NCBI GenBank assembly: GCA_043228905.1
Contig: JBHGNT010000018.1
Span: forward strand, 124,001-188,000
DNA: 64,000 bases
DNA from: Azolla caroliniana
Lineage: Eukaryota > Plantae > Polypodiophyta
Reading direction: 5' to 3'
Every line of letters starts with the position of its first letter. Positions within the stretch are counted from its first letter, which is position 1. Shown here in pieces: positions 48,764-59,959 of the stretch. The notes under the pieces are model-generated. The model ran no database searches and was not told the origin of the DNA. It saw only the letters and a list, made by a program, of their open reading frames with translations. Both the position numbers and the translations under genes were made by a program.

Positions 48764-51700
48764 TCATTCAAAGTTTTTTCCATCAGTGTTTCCAGATGTT
48801 TTTGATTTTTGTATCAGGGATTCAAGTTTCTCCTCGGCTGCTTCAAGGCATACAATGGTTTCAATACCTGACTTCTTTATTGAATCAACTAAAAGCTTCT
48901 GACACATTAAAGAATCGCCTACCCTGCAAGCCAGAACCACAAACAAAAAGATTATATTCAGTTCTTCATGAACTGAAGTGGAGAATATGAACATAAATAA
49001 CAACTGGATATAAGATGCCAGCAGAATCTGAATTAATCTAACGATTCTATTTGCCTAATAAATGGCTGCACTGGGAAGAACTTGGAGATGGCACAAAAAC
49101 CCGTTATGGGCACCAAGGAGGTGAATAGATGCGGAGTCCATTGTGATTTCACATAAGAAACTAGACTGAATATTCATAAACAAGGCCTTATCGGAAAAAA
49201 CTCCTTGCTTGACTTGGAACAATATGGTTAGGGTATAGAACTTAGGAGATGCCCAAGCTAAAGGCAGGCACTAATTGAATCAAAGTTGAGGAGACAATAC
49301 AACCTTACATTACACCTCTCTACCTTGACACTTGATGGAAAGGAAAGATACCCTTAAAACACAAGCCTCAACCAACCTTACTCACAGTAATGAATATACA
49401 AGTGTAAGCTGCATTGTAGGAAGGAAACAATACCAAAGTAGGATAAAAATCACGAGTGTGAAGCCAAAGAGATACCCCAAAAGAGAAAAATGGGAGGCAA
49501 AGGGAAAGAATGGGACATGAGAACATACAAGTCAGAAGTGACAGATGCAATATTCACCTGTTGAGTGCCAGTTTCAAATGGAAAATAATCAACTTTATCA
49601 CAAATCGCCTAGATAAAAGATATGTCCTCCCAGGAATATGCATAGGCTAACAAAACGGCCAAGGAATCAAATTTCTCATCACATGATGTAGCAGACTTGC
49701 ACATCATGAGAGAGAAAAATATACTCAAGCCATGCACATATTAAAAAGAAATTGACAGGGCCTATCACCTCCTCTTTAAGTATGTAACCATGATGTGAAA
49801 CACATTGTCACAATAATATCATCAGAAAACGAGCACAAAAAGAATTATATAAGCATTACCTGCCCAAAGTATCATACAGACATGCCAGGTTGTTGTAAAG
49901 TGTGACAGTGACTTCACTATCAGCTACGTCACTGAGTGTTGCTATTGAACGGGCTGCCTCAAATTTCGCTATTGCTTCATCAGGTTTTTTCAGTTGCATG
50001 TATGCTATTCCAAGATTGTTGTATACATCCAGAAGCTCGGGGCTTTCTGATCCATGCAAGTTTTCCATCTTTGCACAAGATCTTTCAAGATATACTGAAG
50101 CTTCATTAAAGTTCTCCATCAAAAGATACAAACGACCTATTTGACATTCAATATATGCAGCTGCCGCTTGCTCCATAGGTTGCTGTTGATAGGCTTGTAA
50201 TGCAATTTCAAGCACAGATACAGATTGCTCAATTTTTTGCAATGATTGTAAGACTGAAGCTAATTCTACTAAGCTTGCTCCTGTCACTGAAGATTTTGCA
50301 TTCTGCTTCAATACATCCAATGCCTTCTTACAATAATCAGAGGCACGTTTCTCTTCTTTCAATGAGGCATAAGCTTTGGAAAGTAAAACCAGTGCTTGTC
50401 CATGGAAGCAGCTTCCTGATAAAGCATGTTTTGCAGCATCATTGAGCTTGTGAATAGCCTCCTTATACCTCTCGAGGCATAGCAAAGCTTCACCAGCAGC
50501 TAAATCAAGCGACGCCACTTCTGTCAGCTTGCCAAGTTTCTTAAGAATAGGTCTTATTATCTCATGTTCAGAAAGAACCTTATCAAACTCATCAAGCTCA
50601 TAATAAATGACTGATAGAAGTTTCCTTAATTCTGCTACCTGCAAGGAGCTTTCTCCATAGTGTTCTGTATAGATAGGCAGAGCTTTCATGCACAACATAA
50701 GTGCCTCATGGAAGTCTTGTGCTTGAATACATACCTCTGCCGTTTTCTGATAGGATTTCCCAAGACCGGGATCATGCGACTCTAAAACCCTCTCATTAAT
50801 TGCAATGGCCTCCTGAAAGTTAAGTAACGCCTCTTCTTCTCTTCCAAGTTCCATATTGGCTTGCCCAAGAAGGGCTTGGACAGCATACTTCAGAGACCCT
50901 AATTCTTTTTCTTTCACGGTGATACTCAGCTTCTCCAAAATCATGGCTGCCCTTTCCAAGTGGTTCACTGCCTTCTCAAACTCCCCTTTTTTGTGATATG
51001 CACAGCCAATAGTCTCTAGGCATGTTGCATATTCAACAGATACTTGGTTGGATCCAAAGATAGCTAATGCTCTTTGGCCATACATTAGGATTTTATCGGC
51101 ATCTTCATCCATGGAAACGCATAGTTGTGCTAGCCTCAAACAAGTTTCACCAATTCGAAGGACTCCAGTTGGCGTGGACGCATCGAGATGATTTAACAAT
51201 CCCTCAAGTGCCTCAATGCTTTCTTCTACTGCCATGGATGGTCTAGCATTCCACACTGCTGCTTCATTCTCGCTCTCAGTATATGGTCTACTAGCATTGC
51301 CCATTTCATAAGGCATGATCTTTCCAGAGTTTTGCATCTCACATGTATCTTTCTCTAGGTCCTCCTGGTTGGCCATCTTCCTTTTCTTATTAGTTTTCTT
51401 CGCCGGGTCTTTAGAAAATGTTCTAGAGCTTTGATTCTCACATGTAACTCGCTCTACGTCATGCTGAATTTCCTTCTTGCTCTTCGCACTCAGTCGAGTA
51501 GTAGTATCCATCTCTTGGAGGCCGTGCCTAGCAGCCTTCCTGCTCTTCACATTGGATGTATTAATATTGTTCATGTCTTTAGAGATATTTCCAGAGCTTT
51601 GCATCTCAAGAAAAGAATCTCTCCCAATATCATTCTGGGCAGCCTTCACGCTCTTCCCATAATGACTATCAATATTATCCATCTCTTTACCACAGCTCTG

Positions 51701-52114
51701 CATCTCGCAAGTATCTCTATGTACGTCATGGTGAACCGCCTTCTTTCCCTTCACATTAGTTCTATTGGTAGTATCCGGATCTTGAGAGACCTTTCCAGAG
51801 CGTTGTAGCTCATGGCAGCTATCTCTCTCTGGGTCGGTCAGAGGCAATGAACTAAATATTCTGCAAAAAAATGAGTTTTCCATCGAGAAAAGGGAATTTC
51901 TCATGCCTGCAAAAGAATCAAACGTTTCTGAAGATGATCTGCGAAGGAAACCAACTGATTTGGCCATATCCGAGGATGGATTTCGCCACAGGTTTGAAGA
52001 GAACCTTCGCTCTTCTTGATATGGAGAGCTGAATAGCTTCTTCATGATACAGGGAAGGCCAGGAGGCGCGCTGCGTCGACATCTGAATCTTCTTCTAAGC
52101 AGTGAGGTTGCCAT
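48764..52114 (-). CDS. TPR (kinesin-light-chain-type TPR) protein, At2g31240-like, with a probable organellar transit peptide and an inserted repeat region, 2 exons
   Basis: ATG at 52114 (MATSLLRRRFRCRRS.., Arg/Ser-rich). Exon 52114-49860 (AG|GTAATG) is spliced to 48923-48764 (TTGCAG|G VGDSLMCQ..NFE*). TPR-like helices include ATCLETIGCAYHKKGEFEKAVNHLERA, ALLGQANMELGREEEALLNFQEA and VYNNLGIAYMQLKKPDEAIAKFEAA. Confidence 0.85.
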
Positions 52115-52152
52115 AGTTCCTTCCTGGCGGAAGAATTTAGAGAGGCTTTTGC

Positions 52153-52251
52153 TATGTATGTATGTATGTATGTATGTATGTATGTATGTACGTATGTATG
52201 TATATATATATGTATCATGTATGTATGTATGTATGTATGTATGTACGTATG
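52153..52251. repeat. (TATG)n microsatellite upstream of the TPR start codon
   Basis: Read directly from the sequence. Confidence 0.9.
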
Positions 52252-52495
52252 TGTCGAAGAGAGGGCCTCTCTCTAATTCGTGGGAATTACAAAATTGTGC
52301 TTTTGCACAATATGTATGTAGATGGTGATCCATGAGTAACAATCGGTAACGGTTCGGTTTGAGAGGGTCCAAACCAAACCAGTTAATTTTTTTTTAAACT
52401 TGAACCAAACCGAACCAAACCATGAAACCGTTAAACCATTAAACCGTAAAAACTACAGTTTCATGGTTCGGTTTCGGTTTTTTCAACTTTTATTT

Positions 52496-53089
52496 TGATG
52501 GAAATAATCGAAACTTTCCAAACTTCACCTCTCGGCCACAACCAAAGAAAACACACGAATCGTTGTTGCAGAAAATGGGAAATGCAGTGGACACACGATT
52601 TAACGTGGAAAACCCTGTACGGGAAAAACCACGGGAGTACAAGACTCCGAAGCAAAACTATGCACAGAGAAGTATACAATGGCGAGCTGCAAGGCGACGA
52701 CCTTGAGCTCGCTGTCCTCGCCACAGGCGGCGGAAATACACAGAGGCGTCGACCTCTTCCTCTCTCACGCTCTATCTCTCTCACGACTGCTCTCTCTTCA
52801 CTCCTCTTGAGTGGAAAAACAGAAAAATGAGTAGCAACATTAAAACTGTTTGCCCTAAGTCATATTTATACACATATGACTTTCGGGCTATTTACAACTA
52901 TAGCCTCAAGGGCTCTTGGCAAACATATTCACGAATATATCCCCGCATCCGGATCTCTCTCCGGGTACATTCGTCATCCGGCTCCGTAACCGGGATCTTC
53001 ATCATCCGGTTCCAAAACCGAAACCGGGCTTGTCGTCATTCATCTCCGACATCCGACCATCCCATTCGAAAGGGACCGTAATCCCAACA
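52496..53089 (-). repeat. 3' LTR of the defective copia
   Basis: TG...CA, repeated at 56685-57278. Confidence 0.95.
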
Positions 53090-53099
53090 AACTCCCCCT

Positions 53100-56000
53100 T
53101 CACTTCGGCATGGGATGTCTCTCCAATCTGATCCTCTTCCGGCATGCTTCCAGCTTGTCGGGTGTGAGCACCTTGGTCAGCATATCCGACCCGTTCTCGT
53201 CCGTGTGGATCTTCGTCAGCACGAACTCCTTGTCTTCTATCCTTTCCCGGATCCAGTGGTATCTACGATGGATGTGTTTCGTCCGGGAATGGTAGGCCGC
53301 GTTCTTTGCAAGGTGGATGGCACTCTAACTATCGCAGTAGAGTCGGTACTCCTCCTGCCGGATCCCGAGCTCTCTAATGAAGTCCTTCATCCATATTATT
53401 TCCTTGCCGGCTTCAACAGCTGCCATGTACTCCGCCTCCGTGGTTGACAACGCAACCGTCTTCTGCAGCCTCGACTGCCACGAAACGGCTCCCCCTGCAT
53501 AGGTCATCACATACCCGGATGTGGACCGACTGGTATCTGCATCAGCCGACATATCCGAATCGGTAAAACCGTCAAGTTCGGGCTTACCGGAGCCGAATCG
53601 GAGGCACACGTTTGTCGTGCCCTTCAGGTATCGGAGTATCCACTTGGCCGCGTTCCAATGCTCTTTGCCGGGATTGCTCATGTACCGGCTCACCACTCCG
53701 ACTGCATATCCGATGTCTGGTCGGGTACACACCATTGCGTACATCAAGCTTCCGACGGCAGAGGCATATGGCACTTTCATCATGTCCTCCTTCTCAGCCT
53801 TTGTCTTGGGGCTTTGCTTGCTGGACAGCTTGCAGTTTGCCGGGAGGGTTGACCCGACCGGTCTTGCTTCCGACATGTTGAACCGTTTAAGCACCTTTGT
53901 CACGTACTTCTCCTGTGACAGCCACAACTGCTTCTTGCTCCGGTCCCGGATGATGTGCATCCCTAGTATTTGTCTCGCCGGACCCAAGTCCTTCATTGAG
54001 AAGGTTCGGTGAAGAGCCTTCTTCAGCATCCGTATCTTGACCTGGTCTCGTCCGACGATCAACATGTCGTCCACGTACAGGAGGAGTATTAGAAAGTCTC
54101 CTCCTTCGAACTTCTTCACAAACACGCAGTGATCGGACTGCGTTTTGAGGTACCCTTCGTCGGTCAGCAGCACGTGCTCTGGTTCCGGAAATCTCCGGGG
54201 GGCCCTTCTCTCTCTTAGAGGATATCTCCGTTCCGGAGCTTCGGTGACCGGCTCCTCCGTTTCCTCTTCATCCGAATCCATTTCGGGATCGGGGTCGGTT
54301 CCGGTATCAGTTTCATCTTCCTTGGCCGGTTCTATTTCTTCACCGTCTTCGGCCGGATCCTCGAGTGCTAACCGGTCCCTTGCCGGTCAGGACTGCTCCT
54401 CGTAGAGTTGATCCTCACCGGTCGACTTGGAGCTCTTCATCTTCTTCTCCGACTCCCAATCGGCGAGTGTCTTGTTCTCCATGAAGATGATATCACGACT
54501 CCGGAATATCTTCTTGTCGACCGGGTCCCATACTCGGTAGCCGAACTCGTCATCGCCGTAACCGAGGAATATGCATGGCCGGGTCTTTGGATCTAGCTTT
54601 CCTCTCCGGTCCTTAGCCACATGCACATATGCGAGACACCCGAACACCTTCAGATGCCGGTAGGATACTTCCCTACCGGTCCACACTCTCTGCGGCGTGT
54701 CTCCGTCCAAAGGTACTGAGGGTGATCTGTTTATCACATATGTCGCCGTCGACATCGCCTCAGCCCAAAACCCCTTGGGTAATTCCGCATGCGCTAGCAT
54801 ACTCCGGACCCTCTCCATTATGGTCCGGTTCATCCTCTCGGCCAGCCCGTTTAGTTCCGGCGTCTTCGGCACAGTAAACTCGAGCCGGATTCCCTTCGAG
54901 CGACAGTACTCCGCGAACTGCCCCCGGTATTCCCCTCCGTTATCCGCTCGTATCGCTTTCAGCTTCTTGCCGGATTCCCTTTCCACTCTTGCGTGGAGTT
55001 CTTTGAAGACGGACAACACTTGGTCCTTTGTCTTCAACGGTGCCGTCCACAGCTTCCGGCTGTGATCATCAATGAATGTCACGAAGTACTGGGCTCCGCC
55101 ATGTGACTTCGTTTCTACCTGACACACATCAGTATGCACCAACTCCAATGGTGCGCTACGTCTCGTCGGTGGCCTTGAGTGGAAGGAGGTTCGGTTCTGC
55201 TTACCGGCCAGGCAATCGGTGCACTTCTCCAGGTGCACATGCTTCACTGGAATAAGGTTGTCTTCTGCAAGCCTCTTCATCCCCTTCTCACTCATGTGGC
55301 ACAGTCTCTTGTGCCACAGCTCACCGGCAGTGTCGGCTGCCACGTTCAACTCTTCCGGACACAACCAGGCATTCATAAGGTACAGTGTGTTGACTTTCCG
55401 GGCCCGAGCCACTATCAGGCTTCCCTTGCTGAACTTCATTACGCCGTTCCGGATGCTACCTGTGTAGCCTTCATCGTCTAGCCTCCCGGCCGAAATCAGG
55501 TTCAATCGAACCTCCGGAACGTGTCGGACATCCTTCAGCAGCATTTTGCATCCGGTCGGGGTTGTCAACCACACGTCTCCTATGCCGGCAATCCGGCACG
55601 TACCTTCATTTCCCATCCGAACACAGCCATGCTCACCGGCTGTGTAGGATGAGAAGTATCTTCTTTCCGGGGTCAGGTGGAACGACGCTCCGGAATCGAC
55701 CACCCAGGTAGTCTCATCGCCGGCAATGTTTAGTTCACCTTCTTCGGTGATGAGCATGATCTCCTCTTCACTTGCCGCGAGTGCCGTCGTTCCTTTCCGG
55801 TCCTGCCCTCGCCGATCCGAACCATTCCGGTCCGTGGCTCCCCGGTAAGCACCGTTCCGTTCCGAAGACTTCTTCGAATCGGTGTCGTCGGCTCCGTTGT
55901 CTTTTCGGTAATGCCGACAATTCTTTCGGAAGTGCCCCGGCTTCCCACAGTGGAAGCATGTGGGCCTTCCTCTTGACTGCGACCGGGTCCCCGACTTCTC

Positions 56001-56654
56001 CCGTCTTTGCGGACTCCGGTTCCATTGTCTTCCCCGATCCGATTCGGTAAGCAGCGCCTTCGAGTCGGAGGCCGGTTCTTTATCTCTCCGACGCGCTTCT
56101 TCGTTCAAAATACTTGTCTTTACCGTTTGTAGGGACAAGTTATCTTCGGTCCAGGAGGTGCTGAGAGTCACCACCAAGTTCTCCCAGCTTTCCGGCAATG
56201 TACACATCAGAATGATGGCTTGCATTGCATCCTCCAACGGGAACTTGATCGCCGCAAGCTGGTTCACGAATCCCATGAACGTGCTTACGTGTTCCACCAT
56301 ACTCTCGCCGTCCCGGTACTTGAGGTTCACTATCTTCCTCATCAGGGAGGTCCGGTTCAACGCATTCTTCCTCTCATAGAGGCCCGACAGCTTCCGCCAC
56401 ATCTCATATGCGTTGGTGTCGTTCGCCACATGTTGTAGAACGCTCACGTCTACGTATTGCCGAATGGTTGCAACGGCTTTCCGGTTCAGAAGCCTCCATT
56501 CCGACTCAAGTACCCCCTTCGGTATTTCCGACCTGTCAATCGGTTCGTACAGGTCCCGAACAATCAGAAGATCCTCCATCTTGATCTTCCAGTCGGCGTA
56601 ATTCTGCGCATTCAGCACCATCATCCCCGGTTGCCCGCTGCCGCCGCCTTCCAT
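53100..56654 (-). pseudogene. Copia gag-pol with two in-frame stops and an in-frame deletion of the RT N-terminal half
   Basis: ATG at 56654 (MEGGGSGQPG..), then CFHCGKPGHFRKNC, WVVDSGAS and the integrase core. TGA at 54387-54389. LLTDEG is fused directly to YLKTQSDHCVF (KARLV and DVKTAFL motifs missing). YVDDML is present. TAG at 53325-53327 interrupts CDS(Q)SAIHLAKN. The frame continues to ..GSDMLTK..HPMPK*. Confidence 0.92.
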
Positions 56655-56684
56655 TTTCTGCAGCAACTCGCTCTGATACCAAAT

Positions 56685-57278
56685 TGATGGAAATAATCGA
56701 AACTTTCCAAACTTCACCTCTCGGCCACAACCAAAGAAAACACACGAATCGTTGTTGCAGAAAATGGGAAATGCAGTGGACACACGATTTAACGTGGAAA
56801 ACCCTGTACGGGAAAAACCACGGGAGTACAAGACTCCGAAGCAAAACTATGCACAGAGAAGTATACAATGGCGAGCTGCAAGGCGACGACCTTGAGCTCG
56901 CTGTCCTCGCCACAGGCGGCGGAAATACACAGAGGCGTCGACCTCTTCCTCTCTCACGCTCTATCTCTCTCACGACTGCTCTCTCTTCACTCCTCTTGAG
57001 TGGAAAAACAGAAAAATGAGTAGCAACATTAAAACTGTTTGCCCTAAGTCATATTTATACACATATGACTTTCGGGCTATTTACAACTATAGCCTCAAGG
57101 GCTCTTGGCAAACATATTCACGAATATATCCCCGCATCCGGATCTCTCTCCGGGTACATTCGTCATCCGGCTCCGTAACCGGGATCTTCATCATCCGGTT
57201 CCAAAACCGAAACCGGGCTTGTCGTCATTCATCTCCGACATCCGACCATCCCATCCGAAAGGGACCGTAATCCCAACA
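56685..57278 (-). repeat. 5' LTR of the defective copia
   Basis: Adjacent to the PBS and matches 52496-53089. Confidence 0.95.
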
Positions 57279-57633
57279 TATTTTTTATTTTTTATTTTTT
57301 ATTTTTTATTTTTTTTATTTTTTAATATTTCATTTAAAAAAAAAAATTAAATTTTTAAGATGTTCCTAAAATGTGAGAATAAGGTCTAAAAATAAAAAGA
57401 TTGTTTTAAAACAATTTTTTTAATTTTTTAATTTTAAACAATAAATAATAAATAATAAAAAACCGTTAAACCATTTAAACCACGGTTTCTGGCTGTTAAA
57501 ACCGAACCAAACCGATTGTTATCCATGAGCAGCTAATCAACCTATTTTTAATTCGATCCATCAATGTAAAACTTACTCATGGCAACAATCCACATATGGA
57601 AACATTGTTCAAAGTTTTATATTGGCAACCACT

Positions 57634-58452
57634 TACTACTTCGCATTAGTTAGCAAACAAAGTACATCAAAATTTCAGCAAAACTCATTCTGGCCTTCTC
57701 ACCAAAGTGATCATAGTCCCCACCCCCTCATTTACAACAAAAGTATCCCATCAACTCTTTTTACATGGTAATTAACTTGTAACACAACTATACATATTTA
57801 CAGCTCCTGGTCACTAATGAAGCCATTGGTGGAAACAACCATCTGGGTGCTTGGTAGTTCCATTTAGGCCCTGATGATGATCTAAGGACCATAGGAGAAC
57901 TTCCCCATTTCAGCAAAAACTTTGACCGAGCTCTTTTTGCTTCAACTGATTCCCCCTTAATTGAGCCAAGATACCAGCTTGAACCAGATGTTTAACAACA
58001 CCTCACCCTTGGGAGCTTTTGCTGTTGAAAAACAAAATTACAACGCCTAGTCCAAATGTGCCAGACCGATAAGCAAGCCACCATCATCCATATCTCCTCA
58101 AAAAATGCAGAGTTTGTGCCAGGTCGAACTCCATCACATTGAAACACATTGCCACCCTGCACTATAAATCCATGACCGTGGGGGTTTAACTGTTTTGCCC
58201 AGCCTTCCCCTGTTAACTTTATCCCCTATAAGGACCCCTATACAACTCTCCCATTCACACCACATGTTGCCACGATCTTGAGACTTCTAGTCCAAATGCT
58301 AATCGTCTCTTCGCAATTCCAAAAACAACGAGGGATCTATTACAAACAATGTCCACATATCTTGCAACCAACCTCCCCACCACGACACCTCATCCACTCC
58401 CCCACGGGTACTGCCTTACGGCTAAGAAGCCACAACCAAAGCTTTATCGTAC
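57634..58452 (-). mobile_element. 3' fragment of an L1-type LINE, same family as 24526-31889
   Basis: The minus strand reads IKLWLWLLSRKAVPVGEWMRCRGGEVGCKICGH, parallel to KIKVWFWRLSHKALPVGEWMRSHGGEAGCTLCGH. It shares GGGCCTAAATGGAACTACCAAGCACC and the 3' end TTTGCTAACTAATG.GAAGTAGT. Confidence 0.85.
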
Positions 58453-59336
58453 GCCCATAGTACTTCAATATGATTATTGCAAGATTGAAGAAAACATATT
58501 CAAAAGAGAAATTTAGAACAAAGGAATAGTAGTTTTGTTTGCAAAACAACAAGCAAACTCATAAGGCAAAAGTTATTGACTTGGATACAAAAGGGTGATC
58601 TAGATAGGTAATCAAAGAATGAATTACATTTAAGGGCCAAAAAACCCAAGAACAATTGCATTAGGATTGAGTGAGTTACACATCATGCTTAACATTACAC
58701 ATTGTACTTTGTCTAATTATTGTCATTTGCCATTTGTGTTACCATGGATATCACTTACTATATAGTTGTTGCCTATATGTACACATGTGATGTTACTATT
58801 CACCTGGGGTAGCTCATCTTAGCACTCGAGCATGTGCATAGGAAGTATAGGGGTCGATTTAAAGTTCGCGAAGAGTTTTGTGTACATTGACTGCACATGT
58901 ACGGGAGAGTGATATGTTCCGAATGGTTGGAGGTTAATATGCATCGTATTTCGTTGTGTACTCATGACTACAAAGGTAGCACTACACATGGGCATCATTG
59001 CCTTTATATAGGAAACAATACCACCTCAAATTCGACTAACATTATATTAGTGTGGTGATGAAATAATGAATTGGTCAGGAATTTGACATGGGCGAACTAT
59101 GATGTTTAGAGTTTACAAGGCATTTGGATTGAAGGGCCATTCTTGAAAGCTTGATGGATGTCAATCCCAACAATGTGTGATTATGCCATAATTAGCTTCT
59201 TGACTCTAAAGGATGAACACGCATATAGTTACACATGAAACATAAATTAGCACATCCAATGATGTTACCAATGCAAAAATGCATATATGCACAATAACAT
59301 TTTCTTCGTAAGACACAAGAACTAACAAAGATCGGA

Positions 59337-59959
59337 TATCCAGCGTGTTGGAGTAGGACTTGGCACAAACTCTAAATTTTTTGATGAGATATGGCTTATG
59401 GTGGCATGCTTATCGATTTGGCACATTTGGACCAAGCATTGCAAGTTTGTTTTTCAGCATCAAAAACTCCCAAGCGGTGAGGTGTTGCTTAATATCTGCT
59501 TCGAGCTAGTAGCCTGGCCACGCGAACAGTATGACTTGATTTAGGGGGAATCAGATGAAGCAAAAATGGCAAGGTTAATGTTTTTGCTAAAATGGGGTGG
59601 TTCTCCCATGATGGTCAAATCTTCGACATGGCCAAAGTGGAGCTACCAAGCACCCAAATGGCTATTTCCGCCAACGGCTCCCAATATTGTACATGGGATG
59701 TAAATATGTATAGTTGCAGTCGTGTTACTTGTATAGCTTTGTTGTAAAAGTGTAGGTGGGATAATTTTGTTGTAAAAGAGGGGGTGGGGAATCGAGATTA
59801 TTACCAGATTTGTGGGGGGAAGGACAATGTTAGTTTCATTGTTTTTGGAGTTGTTGTAATATCGATCCCTCAAAGGTTAGTCCTTGTGGATCTTAGTGTT
59901 TGAACATTGTTGTATTTTGTTTGCAAACTAATGTGAAGTAGTGTTTTTTGGCAAAAAAA
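59337..59959 (+). mobile_element. Short 5'-truncated L1-type LINE copy with TSD
   Basis: Matches 31380-31889 (AAAACTCCCAAGCGGTGAGGTGTTGCT..CTACCAAGCACC..GAAGTAGTGTTTTTTGG plus A-tail). TSD AACAAAGATCGGA at 59324-59336 and 59960-59972. Confidence 0.87.

Larger units (their letters stand above)
52496..57278 (-). mobile_element. Defective Ty1/copia LTR retrotransposon (family distinct from copies A/B)
   Basis: LTRs 52496-53089 and 56685-57278 (594 bp, one substitution seen), TSD TATTT (52491-52495 / 57279-57283), PBS TGGTATCAGAGC at about 56670-56681 on the minus strand and PPT GAAGGGGGAG. Confidence 0.96.
52337..57521. mobile_element. hAT-type MITE (copy 2, same family as 23406-23787, opposite orientation) split by a copia insertion
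   Basis: Ends TAACAATCGGT... and ...ACCGATTGTTA with a perfect 8-bp TSD TCCATGAG (52329-52336 / 57522-57529). Arms are 52337-52495 and 57279-57521. Confidence 0.9.

Noticed and set aside
52115-52372. N-terminal extension of the 838-aa ORF (MDPLKPNR...YIHTYIHT)
   Set aside because: It starts at a non-ATG codon inside the MITE and reads through a (TATG)n microsatellite. The ATG at 52114 opens a plausible transit peptide.
53325-54389. The two stops in the defective copia as U-to-C editing or programmed readthrough sites
   Set aside because: U-to-C editing is organellar. Both stops are simply explained by C-to-T changes in CG/CHG contexts, and the RT is deleted anyway.
58800-58980. tRNA/SINE-like head (GGGGTAGCTCA...GGGGTCGATTT); similar weak A/B boxes near 1270-1325
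   Set aside because: No cloverleaf, tail or TSD could be established.
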